This document shows, piece after piece, positions 1 to 8,836 of a DNA stretch of 64,000 nt; position 1 is the first letter of the stretch, and the number at the start of each line of letters is the position of its first letter. The notes beneath the pieces are model-generated. The model saw nothing but the letters and a program-made list of their open reading frames with translations. It was not told the origin of the DNA and searched no databases. A program made the translations under genes and the position numbers. The DNA comes from Pseudomonadota bacterium (GTDB taxonomy: Bacteria > Pseudomonadota > Gammaproteobacteria > Burkholderiales > Gallionellaceae): contig JAJYLY010000008.1 of NCBI GenBank assembly GCA_021787435.1, forward strand, positions 6,319-70,318, given 5' to 3'.

Positions 1-330
1 TGCGACAGGAGAAATTGATGACGGCGGTTGTATTTTCACAGCAGACTGAGCTGCTGGCTTGACCGGATTGCCTGGCTGCGTGCTCTGCGACTGCATCTCA
101 TCAATACGCTGCTGCTGAGCTTGCAAAGCATGATCCATGGCCTTTTTGTAGGCAGCCAGTTGATGCTCCTGTTCCTCCAACTCCTTTTTCAGTTTGATGG
201 ATTCCGCACGCAGCTGCTCAAGACTCATTTTTTCAACCGGCGTCGTTTCATCCGCATAAGCCGGAATAACTACAATCATGGCTCCAGACAAACATACTCT
301 CGCCAGCGCTTTGGTGCGGTGTGAAAACAT
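1..330 (-). CDS. hypothetical secreted coiled-coil protein (partial; 3' end runs off the window)
   Basis: Minus-strand frame from ATG at 330-328, preceded by an AGGGGGG SD-like run, stays open to base 1. It reads MFSHRTKALARVCLSGAMIVVIPAYADETTP... then a Q/E/K-rich helical segment. The + ORF 28..324 in the track is its antisense shadow. No family recognised. Confidence 0.4.
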   Translation of the reverse strand, partial: MFSHRTKALARVCLSGAMIVVIPAYADETTPVEKMSLEQLRAESIKLKKELEEQEHQLAAYKKAMDHALQAQQQRIDEMQSQSTQPGNPVKPAAQSAVKIQPPSSISPVA

Positions 331-401
331 TTTATAGCCCCCCCTGAGAAACCATTCAAGAAACAATGGGATGATTTTTTGCCTGTTTTCACTACCCTAA
401 G

Positions 402-1865
402 TCATGATTCGGGTATACGATTCTCTTTGATTTTTCGGATCAGACGGTACATCGTGGCACGGGAAATCCCAAGATCACGCGCTGCTTCAGTGACGTTGTT
501 GCGATTTTTGATCAGAACATGCCGCACTCTTTCCTCGTCCAGCTTGATTCTTGAAGACCCAAGCGTGATGCCATCCTTTACACCTGCATGTTGATCCAAA
601 CCCAGATCCACTGGCTGTAACAGACGATTCTCACTCATCACCATCGCGCTGCGCACCCGATTGATCAACTCACGCACATTGCCAGGCCATGCATGATGTT
701 TGATTGCATGCAGTGCCTGCTGACTAAATCCTTGAGCGGAATGCTCTCTGTCACGTGAAAATCGCCTGAAAAACTCGTGTGCCAACAAGGGAATATCGTC
801 GCCTCTTTCACGCAATGGCGGCATCTTCAGATGCAGCACATTGATCCTGTAATAAAGATCTTCCCGGAAATTTCCCTGCGCAATTGCCTTAGGTAAATCT
901 ACATGGGTTGCGGCGATTACCCGTGCATCAACGGGAATACTGATATTGGACCCTACTCGTTCGATACTTTTGTCCTGCAGGAAATGCAACAAATTCACCT
1001 GGAGCTCCATAGGCAAATCACCGATTTCGTCAAGAAAAATGGTGCCGCTTGAAGCGGCTTCTATGCGCCCGATTTTGCGCTGGTGCGCACCTGTGAACGA
1101 TCCCCTTTCATGGCCAAACAATTCCGACTGAATGAGATTAGGTGGCAATGCGCCACAGTTCACTGCAATGAAGGGCTTGTCGCGGCGCGGCGATAGTTGA
1201 TGAATCGCGCGCGCCACCAACTCCTTCCCTGTTCCGCTTTCCCCTCTAATCAGGACAGGTTCACTTATGCTGTGTATCTTCTCAATGCCGCGATAAATCT
1301 CTTCCATGACTGGACTTTTTCCTATCATGCCAAAGCATCCGACAGACGCATGCTCGTTCGATACAGTTCTGCCCAGCATAGATTTCCCATAGGCATGGCC
1401 TGTAGCCATCAGGAGACGATTGCGATCAACGGGGTGAAGGTGGTAATCGAAACAATAACGCTTGATAAATCTGCAAACCGTATCCAGGTGCAAGCCATCG
1501 TGTGATAGCAATGAAATCCATTCAATCTGGCGGTTAGCCAACATATAGGCCTCGATATCAGCCAGATCAGAATCGACCAGATTGTCCAATCCCACCAGAC
1601 CGACAAAGCAATCTTTGGCCGCTCTCAATGACTCAAGCGCAGCAATACTCGAAACATGTATCACTTCCCAACCCTCGGCATTCAGCAACAGCGCGATGTC
1701 TTGAAGCTCGTCCGCTGGCGAGATCATGAGCAGTTTGCGTTCATGCACCGGATTAACCACGGCGGATTTATCCAATGCGTATCCATTAATACCCAACAAT
1801 GAGTTAGGCAATTTGGACAAATTCATTTCGCTGCAGAAATCCATTTTCTCCATCATGTTCTTCAC
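402..1865 (-). CDS. sigma-54-dependent Fis-family transcriptional activator with atypical N-terminal domain
   Basis: AAA+ core with Walker A GESGTGKE, a GSFTGA loop (GAFTGA variant), and a C-terminal Fis-type HTH (NVTEAARDLGISRATMYRLIRK). Confidence 0.85.
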   Translation of the reverse strand: MKNMMEKMDFCSEMNLSKLPNSLLGINGYALDKSAVVNPVHERKLLMISPADELQDIALLLNAEGWEVIHVSSIAALESLRAAKDCFVGLVGLDNLVDSDLADIEAYMLANRQIEWISLLSHDGLHLDTVCRFIKRYCFDYHLHPVDRNRLLMATGHAYGKSMLGRTVSNEHASVGCFGMIGKSPVMEEIYRGIEKIHSISEPVLIRGESGTGKELVARAIHQLSPRRDKPFIAVNCGALPPNLIQSELFGHERGSFTGAHQRKIGRIEAASSGTIFLDEIGDLPMELQVNLLHFLQDKSIERVGSNISIPVDARVIAATHVDLPKAIAQGNFREDLYYRINVLHLKMPPLRERGDDIPLLAHEFFRRFSRDREHSAQGFSQQALHAIKHHAWPGNVRELINRVRSAMVMSENRLLQPVDLGLDQHAGVKDGITLGSSRIKLDEERVRHVLIKNRNNVTEAARDLGISRATMYRLIRKIKENRIPES

Positions 1866-2098
1866 GGTGTTCGGGTGGTAAAATTGCGCCTATTCTATTG
1901 ATCCAGACACTAAAGAAATATCGGGGAACGCTTATTCCGCATGGGGAAGAAACTCGGTATTGGTAGGAACTTTCCTGCCATGCGATTTATATTGACAGAA
2001 AGTATTGACGCTGCATCGTTTTAGAAATGAATTTCACCCGGTGTGAAACACATGCTCCATGACAATATCTGCACTAAAGTTGATAAGCTTTACATAGC

Positions 2099-2360
2099 AT
2101 GAATAATGCAGACCTTATAGGCAGCGTCGCAGCGACGCTGATGACCACGGCCTTCATTCCTCAGGCATGGCACGTCTGGCATACCCGCCATACTGCCGAC
2201 ATCTCTCTTGGCATGTATGCCATGTTCTCGGCAGGCGTTGCTTATGGCTGGCTTATGGCTGGTTTATGGCATCCTCTTATCGTCATGGCCCATCATCGCC
2301 AACGGCATTACACTGCTGCTGGCAGGCATTGTATTAGTGATGAAACTGAAGTTCGGATGA
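2099..2360 (+). pseudogene. SemiSWEET / PQ-loop sugar-transporter-family gene, frameshifted
   Basis: The N-terminal part (IGSVAATLMTTAFIPQAW..DISLGMY, PQ motif) is in the frame of 2099. The conserved third helix LWLVYGILLSSWPIIANGITLLLAGIVLVMKLKFG* is in the +1 frame and ends at the TGA at 2358-2360. The switch lies in the tandem repeat at 2240-2261. Confidence 0.6.
2240..2261. repeat. perfect 11-bp tandem duplication GCTTATGGCTG x2, followed by related GTTTATGGC
   Basis: Read directly from the sequence. It sits at the frame break of the SemiSWEET ORF. Confidence 0.9.
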
Positions 2361-2388
2361 GCTTTTTCTTAAGATATACGCCAATCCT

Positions 2389-3210
2389 ATGACCCACTTA
2401 CCAGAAATCAATCCGAATCAATCCATCGAATTGCTCAAAGAACTGCATATTCTGACGCGCGATGGCAAGCTTAATCAGGACAGCCGACGCAAGCTCAAGC
2501 AGGTATATCACCTGTATCATTTCATCGAACCGCTGCTAGAAGAACTCCTAGCTATCAGGCATGAACTGACATTGGCCGATCACGGCGCTGGAAAATCCTA
2601 CCTAGGGTTCATCCTTTATGATCTGTTCCTGAAATCACACAAAACAGGACACATTTACGGCATCGAAACACGCGAGACGTTGGTAAGGAAATCTCAGGAG
2701 CTTGCAAATAAGCTTGGATTCTCAAGGATGTCTTTTCTGAATCTTTCGGTAGAAGAGTCCATCGATTCCTCGCTCCTCCCAGACCAGATTGATATCGTCA
2801 CAGCATTGCACGCCTGCAATACAGCCACCGACGATGCCATCAAATTCGCCCTGCACAAAGAGGCTCGATTTATTGTGCTCATTCCCTGCTGCCAGGCCGA
2901 AGTCGCAAGCGCGCTCAACAAACACAAAAACCAGTCATTCGGCAAAACACCGCTGTCTGAAATCTGGCGACATCCAATACACACCCGCGAATTCGGCAGT
3001 CATCTGACCAATGTGCTTCGCTGCCTGCTGCTGGAGTCTAAAGGTTACCAGGTCAAAGTGACTGAGTTGGTCGGCTGGGAACACTCTATGAAAAACGAAC
3101 TGATCATTGCGCGTCGCACAGAGCAGCCGCGCAAGGATGCAAAGATGCGACTGGAATACATCCTGAAGGAATTAAACTTGGAAAGCCTGCAAGACCGCTT
3201 CATTTATTGA
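2389..3210 (+). CDS. class I SAM-dependent methyltransferase (family not resolved)
   Basis: 273-aa ORF with a glycine-rich motif-I-like segment (LADHGAGKSYLGF) followed by acidic loop motifs typical of Rossmann-fold methyltransferases. Confidence 0.55.
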   Translation: MTHLPEINPNQSIELLKELHILTRDGKLNQDSRRKLKQVYHLYHFIEPLLEELLAIRHELTLADHGAGKSYLGFILYDLFLKSHKTGHIYGIETRETLVRKSQELANKLGFSRMSFLNLSVEESIDSSLLPDQIDIVTALHACNTATDDAIKFALHKEARFIVLIPCCQAEVASALNKHKNQSFGKTPLSEIWRHPIHTREFGSHLTNVLRCLLLESKGYQVKVTELVGWEHSMKNELIIARRTEQPRKDAKMRLEYILKELNLESLQDRFIY

Positions 3211-3334
3211 AACGCCCCGATAATAAATGAACAGCTAGGGTTATTGTTGCGCATGAACTATAATTCCACATGTTCTGTCTTATTTAGCCAGCGTAGATCA
3301 ACCGCAAACCTAATTCCCGTATCGGGTTAAACCA

Positions 3335-4153
3335 ATGGATGCCATTACATTAAAAGGGGGCGAGCATGCCGTATTGTTGTTGCACGGCCTGCAAAGCAGC
3401 CCAGCAGAACTGCAGCCGATTGCCAAGCGACTTCATCAGGCTGGCTACACAGTGCATGCGCCGCATATCAAAGGATATGGCTTTACGCACGGCGACACAC
3501 CGCGTTCAGTGACGTCCTGGCAAAACTGGCATGCCAGCGCGCTGAAAGAATTTCGCGAACTCAAACTGCAATACCATACCGTTGCAGTGGGCGGGCTGTG
3601 CATAGGCGCCACCCTTGCCTTGAGCATCGCGGCAGAGCTTGCAGATGAGTTGTCCGCTCTAACTTTGCTTTCCACCACTCTGTGGTATGACGGATGGGGC
3701 ATCCCTTGGTACCGATCTTTACGCCACATCGGCTATTATTCACCTTTTCGCTATGTTTACAGCTACCGCGAGCGCGAGCCGTTTGGGCTGAAAAACAAAC
3801 AACTGCGCAAATGGATCGCGCGTGAAATGAGTCACAAAGACTCATCTATTGTCGGCGCCAGCAAACTGAATTTACCGGCGATACAAGAGGCAGAACGCAT
3901 GATCGTTGCAGTAAAAAAATCCATGCATCGGATCACAGCGCCTGCCATCATCATCCACGCCGAAGAAGATGAAATCGCTTCCCCTCGCAACGTCCGCTTC
4001 GTGTCGGAGCATATCGGCTCAAAAGTGGTGAAAATTGTGATGTTGCATAACAGCTACCATATGATTACAGTAGACAATGACAGAGAACAGGTAGCCAGTG
4101 AAACCATAGATTTTTTCAACACGTACATCCTTGCATCGTCAAGCCATACCTAA
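3335..4153 (+). CDS. Est/COG1647-type alpha/beta hydrolase with Cys in the nucleophile elbow
   Basis: HG oxyanion motif (LLLHGL), elbow VGGLCIGATLAL (Cys89, TGC at 3599-3601), an acid residue in HAEEDEIAS, and His in NSYHMITVD. It is collinear with Bacillus-type carboxylesterase from memory. Confidence 0.75.
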   Translation: MDAITLKGGEHAVLLLHGLQSSPAELQPIAKRLHQAGYTVHAPHIKGYGFTHGDTPRSVTSWQNWHASALKEFRELKLQYHTVAVGGLCIGATLALSIAAELADELSALTLLSTTLWYDGWGIPWYRSLRHIGYYSPFRYVYSYREREPFGLKNKQLRKWIAREMSHKDSSIVGASKLNLPAIQEAERMIVAVKKSMHRITAPAIIIHAEEDEIASPRNVRFVSEHIGSKVVKIVMLHNSYHMITVDNDREQVASETIDFFNTYILASSSHT

Positions 4154-4289
4154 CAACACTGTGAAACACAAGGAACCTTATCCCAATAACAAGTTGAAAT
4201 TCGCCCGCGTGTTTGCGCCTTGAAAGCGCATCATTTAGGTGCAGATTCGGTTATAATCTTATCCGAGTAATTATTTAACACCCATTACC

Positions 4290-4529
4290 ATGAGTTCATT
4301 ACCTACCATACAGCGCATGATGGTCGAGCAGTTTGACCTTAAACTTGAAGACTTGACGCCGGATGCCACCCTGGAAAGCCTAGGGCTGGATTCGCTATCT
4401 GTCATCGAGTTCATGTTCAATCTTGAGGACGAACTCAAGATCAAACTACCGGACGAACGGGTGGAGCTCAAGACCTTGCAGGATGTGATCAATCTGGTTG
4501 ACAGGATAGTCGCCGAGCAATCGGCGTGA
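4290..4529 (+). CDS. acyl carrier protein (dedicated, non-AcpP-like)
   Basis: 79 aa with the phosphopantetheine attachment motif LGLDSLSVIEF. Its stop overlaps the start of the next gene. Confidence 0.85.
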   Translation: MSSLPTIQRMMVEQFDLKLEDLTPDATLESLGLDSLSVIEFMFNLEDELKIKLPDERVELKTLQDVINLVDRIVAEQSA

Positions 4530-5779
4530 TCAATGCCATGTCCAGGCGCGTTGTCATCACCGGATTAGGCATCGTTTCACCGACAGGATCATCACCCGAG
4601 CAGTTCTTTAGCAACCTGATGCTTGGCCGCTCCGGCATCAAACGCTTGAATCGTCCTTTTGCTGATCAGCTCTCGATACGCATTGCCGCCCCCGTGGACG
4701 ACTTCAACCCGGCTGCGCACTTTTCCAAGATACAACTCACCGGCATCGAACGTTTCAGCCAGCTTGCCCTAGTTGCTGCCGAACAAGCAATACACGATGC
4801 CCGACTGACTCTGAGTGAGCAGGAATATCAACGTGCTGGCGTATATATGGGCTCGTGCCTGGGTGGCGCGGGCACGCTGGAAGACGGTTACATCGAAGTC
4901 TTCAAACACGACAGTCCACGAATCAAGCCGCTCAGCGTACTTCTCAGCATGAATAATGCCGCAGCTTCACATCTTTCCATCAAGTATCACCTGCAAGGAC
5001 CCAACATCACTTATGCCACTGCGTGCTCATCTTCGGCGATTGCCTTGGGTGAAGCATACCGCCAGATCAAACACGGTTATGCAGACGTGATGCTGGCAGG
5101 CGGCTCTGAAGCGATGCTGACATTGGGCGCAATGAAAGCCTGGGAAGCCTTGCGCACCGTTGCTCACGAAGATCCGAATGATCCTGGCGCATCCTGCAAA
5201 CCGTTTGCAAAGGATCGCAGCGGTCTCGTGCTGGGCGAAGGCGCTGCAGTGTTGGTGCTGGAAGACGCCCAGCGTGCGTTACAGCGGGGAGCCACGATAT
5301 ATGCAGAACTGGCAGGCTATGACTGCTCATCGGATGCAAGCCATATCACCAAACCGGATTCTATTGGGCAGACGCGCACCATCCTCAATGCCCTAAAGGA
5401 TGCCGGACTGCAACCTGAAGATATCAATTATGTGAACGCGCACGGCACAGCGACCCTAGCTGGCGACATAGAAGAAACCAAAGCCATCAAACAGGTGTTC
5501 GGCTCTCATGCCTACAAGCTTCCAATCAGCTCGACAAAATCCATGCATGGCCATCTGATGGGTGCGACCGGTGCAGTCGAGTTCATGGCCGCTGTCCTCG
5601 CAATGCAGCACAATTCAATCCCCCCTACCATCAACTTGCATCTGCCCGATCCCGAGTGCGATCTAGATTACGTTCCAAATCAAGGCAGAACCGATATCCC
5701 ACTCAATGCCGTGATGTCCAATTCATTCGCATTCGGTGGCACGAATGCGGTACTGATCGCCCGCCGCTTTGCGGTTTAG
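4526..5779 (+). CDS. beta-ketoacyl-ACP synthase, FabF/NodE-like (KAS II family)
   Basis: Active-site Cys in TACSSSAIALGEA and two His in NAHGTATLAGD and KSMHGHLMGATG, plus a C-terminal NSFAFGGTNAVL motif. Confidence 0.9.
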   Translation: MINAMSRRVVITGLGIVSPTGSSPEQFFSNLMLGRSGIKRLNRPFADQLSIRIAAPVDDFNPAAHFSKIQLTGIERFSQLALVAAEQAIHDARLTLSEQEYQRAGVYMGSCLGGAGTLEDGYIEVFKHDSPRIKPLSVLLSMNNAAASHLSIKYHLQGPNITYATACSSSAIALGEAYRQIKHGYADVMLAGGSEAMLTLGAMKAWEALRTVAHEDPNDPGASCKPFAKDRSGLVLGEGAAVLVLEDAQRALQRGATIYAELAGYDCSSDASHITKPDSIGQTRTILNALKDAGLQPEDINYVNAHGTATLAGDIEETKAIKQVFGSHAYKLPISSTKSMHGHLMGATGAVEFMAAVLAMQHNSIPPTINLHLPDPECDLDYVPNQGRTDIPLNAVMSNSFAFGGTNAVLIARRFAV

Positions 5780-5791
5780 CACGCTTCCTTC

Positions 5792-8700
5792 ATGTCCATG
5801 AAGGAATTTAATCTTTCTGCATGGGCACTCAAACATCCAGCTTTGATGCTCTACACGCTGTGCGCGCTTCTTTTTGCCGGCATTTTCTCCTATACACAGC
5901 TGCCGCAAAATGAAGACCCCGACTTCACATTCAGGGTAATGAGCATCAAACTGCTTTGGCCGGGTGCAAGCGCAAGTGAAGTCGAACAGCAACTCACCAA
6001 CCCGGTTGAACGAAAATTACAGCAAACACCCTGGCTGGATAATGTCAGCAGTTACTCCAAAGCAGGCGAAGCGGGAATTTACATCACGCTCAAGGACGCG
6101 ATGCCACCAGCACAACTTGAACCCAGTTGGAACCAGGTTCGCAAAGAATTGGCAGACATGCGCCTGCCTGATGGCGTTGCAGCGCCAGTCATCAACGACC
6201 ATTTCGGCCAAACCTTTACTGCAATCTATGCCTTCACCTCAAAATCGCTAAGCAATGCCGAGCTTGCTCATGAGGCACGAGTTGTGCGCGATGAATTGCT
6301 AGGCATAGCAAATGTCAGCCGTGTCGAATTGATCGGCATCCAGCCGGAAAGAGTATATATTGATTTAAATGACAAAGCCAAAACCGGCATCAACCCATGG
6401 CAAATCGCATCTGCATTAAAAGCCCAGAATGAAATCCAGTCTGCCGGAGAAATAAACACTTATCTTGACGTGATACGACCGCGCGTGAACGGTCATCTCG
6501 ATTCCGTCAAAAGCATACAGAACTTCTCATTTCAAGCAGACGGAAAAAGCTATCACCTGAATGATATCAGTCACGTTTACCGCTCCTATACTGATCCCGC
6601 CACTTTCAAGATGCGCACCATGGGGCAGGAGGCAGTCGGCCTTGCCATTGCGATCTCGCCCCAGGGCAATGTCACCCAGCTTGGCAAGGATCTTGAACAA
6701 GAATTTGCTAGCATCAAAAAAAAGCTGCCGGCAGGGATAGAGATTCATCAGATATCCGATCAGTCCCATGTAGTCAGAAAATCCATCGCTGAATTCATGA
6801 AGGCTCTGCTGGAAGCTTTCGCGATTGTGCTGGCGGTGAGTTTCATAAGCCTGGGTCCGCGTGCAGGCTTGGTGGTGGGACTGTCGATTCCGCTGGTGCT
6901 AGCAGGAACCTTTCTGCTGATGCATCTGCTTGGCATCGACTTGCAACGCGTATCCCTTGGTGCATTGATCATCGCACTGGGACTTCTGGTAGACGATGCG
7001 ATGATCACCGTTGAGATGATGAAAGTAAAACTGGAGCAAGGTTACAGCAAATTGCACGCCGCAACCTTTGCCTACACCAGCACCGCATGGCCAATGCTGA
7101 CAGGCACGATGATCACGGCAGCAGCATTTTTGCCCGTAGGCCTTGCGAAGTCTTCTGCCGGTGAATACACCTTTTCAATTTCTGTTGTCGTGACCATCGC
7201 CTTGCTGATCTCCTGGCTGGTTGCGGTGATCTATATACCGTTCATCGGCTTTCATCTGCTGAAAAAAAACAAGCAGCCCGCATTGCTCGATGATCACTAT
7301 CGCAGCGGTTTCTATTTGTACTTCAGGCGTGTGGTTGAATGGTGTCTTGAATACAGAAAGAGCGTGATTGCACTCACACTGATTGCCTTTGCACTGGCTC
7401 TTGCCGGATTTTTCAAGCTGCAGCAGGATTTTTTTCCGCCGTCTGAGCGAACAGAACTCCTGATGGATATATGGCTACCGGAAGGCACCAGCTTCTCCAC
7501 CACAGAAAGACTGACCATCGGCCTCGAACAGGATTTAATGAATGATCCCGATATCGTCAATTACACCAGTTATATCGGCGGTGGAACACCCAGATTCTAT
7601 CTGCCGCTCGAACTGGAACTGCCTGCCATCAATTATGCGCAAATCGTCATCAACACTCGCGACATAAAATCACGCGAGGTCGTACTCAAACGCGTACGCA
7701 GCATGCTGGACAAGGATTATGCAGCGATGGGAATACGCATCGCGAGACTGGAAAATGGCCCACCAGTCGGGTTCCCGATACAGTTCAACGTGACCGGAAA
7801 AGACCCGGGGAAACTCCGCGGCATCACCAGAGAAATCGCAGCCGTTGTCAGACACAATCCCAACACCAAAAATGTCAATCAGGATTCCAGCGAAAAAATA
7901 CGAATCCTCAATGTGACGCTCGATCAGCAGAAGAGCCTTCTACTTGGCTTGTCATCCGATGCAGTTTCCAGAAGCCTGCGTACATTTTTGTCTGGGCTTC
8001 CAGTCACGGTTTTTGGCGAGAATAACCAGCGCATCGAAGTCATCGAACGAGCCGCGCATCACGACGATCCTGATGCGCTAGGTCAAATGAATGTCTATAC
8101 TGATCAGGGAAGATCGGTGCAGCTCAACCAAATTGCCAAAATCAGCGAATCCGAGGAAGAAGGCATCATCTGGCACATGAACCGAATGCCTGTGGTGACT
8201 GTGCGCGCCGAGGTTCCTGACAATGTGCCTGCTTTAGATGTAAGCATGGTAATCGACCGGCAACTCGCCACGATTCGTGCAAACCTACCAGAAGGCTATC
8301 GCATCGAAATGGGGGGTGCAATGGAGGGCAGCAATCAGGCACAGGACTCAATCATTGCGATTTTGCCGCTGATGGGCTTTATCATCGTCACCTTGCTGAT
8401 ATTCCAGCTCAAAAAATACAAGCCCGTCGCATTGGCCTTGTTCACGGCACCGCTGGGCATCATCGGCGTGACCACAACCCTGCTTGCATTTCACGTGCCA
8501 TTCGGATTCGTTGCAATGCTGGGCACCATTTCACTGTCCGGCATGATCATGCGCAACTCGGTCATCCTGCTCGATCAAATCAGCCAGAATGCAGAGCTGG
8601 GCTCATGGGATGCTATCGTCGAATCCACCGTGCGTCGCTTCCGCCCCATCGTGCTGACGGCAGCCGCCGCAATCCTGGCGATGATACCTTTGACCCGCAG

Positions 8701-8836
8701 CGTTTTCTGGGGACCGATGGCCATTACCATCATGGGCGGCCTTCTCATCGCAACGCTGCTAACCCTGTTTTGCCTACCGGCACTGTATGCGCTGTGGTAC
8801 AAAGTTGAGCGCCCTGGCGGGAAAGCGCCCAATTAA
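5792..8836 (+). CDS. RND superfamily permease (AcrB/AcrD/AcrF fold), no adjacent adaptor or outer-membrane factor
   Basis: 1014 aa with a 12-TM two-large-loop organisation and typical N-terminus (SAWALKHPALMLYTLCALLFAGIFSYTQLPQNEDPDFTF). It starts 12 nt after the KAS stop. Confidence 0.9.
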   Translation: MSMKEFNLSAWALKHPALMLYTLCALLFAGIFSYTQLPQNEDPDFTFRVMSIKLLWPGASASEVEQQLTNPVERKLQQTPWLDNVSSYSKAGEAGIYITLKDAMPPAQLEPSWNQVRKELADMRLPDGVAAPVINDHFGQTFTAIYAFTSKSLSNAELAHEARVVRDELLGIANVSRVELIGIQPERVYIDLNDKAKTGINPWQIASALKAQNEIQSAGEINTYLDVIRPRVNGHLDSVKSIQNFSFQADGKSYHLNDISHVYRSYTDPATFKMRTMGQEAVGLAIAISPQGNVTQLGKDLEQEFASIKKKLPAGIEIHQISDQSHVVRKSIAEFMKALLEAFAIVLAVSFISLGPRAGLVVGLSIPLVLAGTFLLMHLLGIDLQRVSLGALIIALGLLVDDAMITVEMMKVKLEQGYSKLHAATFAYTSTAWPMLTGTMITAAAFLPVGLAKSSAGEYTFSISVVVTIALLISWLVAVIYIPFIGFHLLKKNKQPALLDDHYRSGFYLYFRRVVEWCLEYRKSVIALTLIAFALALAGFFKLQQDFFPPSERTELLMDIWLPEGTSFSTTERLTIGLEQDLMNDPDIVNYTSYIGGGTPRFYLPLELELPAINYAQIVINTRDIKSREVVLKRVRSMLDKDYAAMGIRIARLENGPPVGFPIQFNVTGKDPGKLRGITREIAAVVRHNPNTKNVNQDSSEKIRILNVTLDQQKSLLLGLSSDAVSRSLRTFLSGLPVTVFGENNQRIEVIERAAHHDDPDALGQMNVYTDQGRSVQLNQIAKISESEEEGIIWHMNRMPVVTVRAEVPDNVPALDVSMVIDRQLATIRANLPEGYRIEMGGAMEGSNQAQDSIIAILPLMGFIIVTLLIFQLKKYKPVALALFTAPLGIIGVTTTLLAFHVPFGFVAMLGTISLSGMIMRNSVILLDQISQNAELGSWDAIVESTVRRFRPIVLTAAAAILAMIPLTRSVFWGPMAITIMGGLLIATLLTLFCLPALYALWYKVERPGGKAPN

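Noticed and set aside
4220-4257. Promoter for the ACP operon: a perfect TATAAT at 4252-4257 with TTGAAA at 4220-4225.
   Set aside because: The spacer is 26 nt, far from the 16-18 nt optimum, and no acceptable -35 or extended -10 (TGn) lies at the right distance. It is left uncalled.
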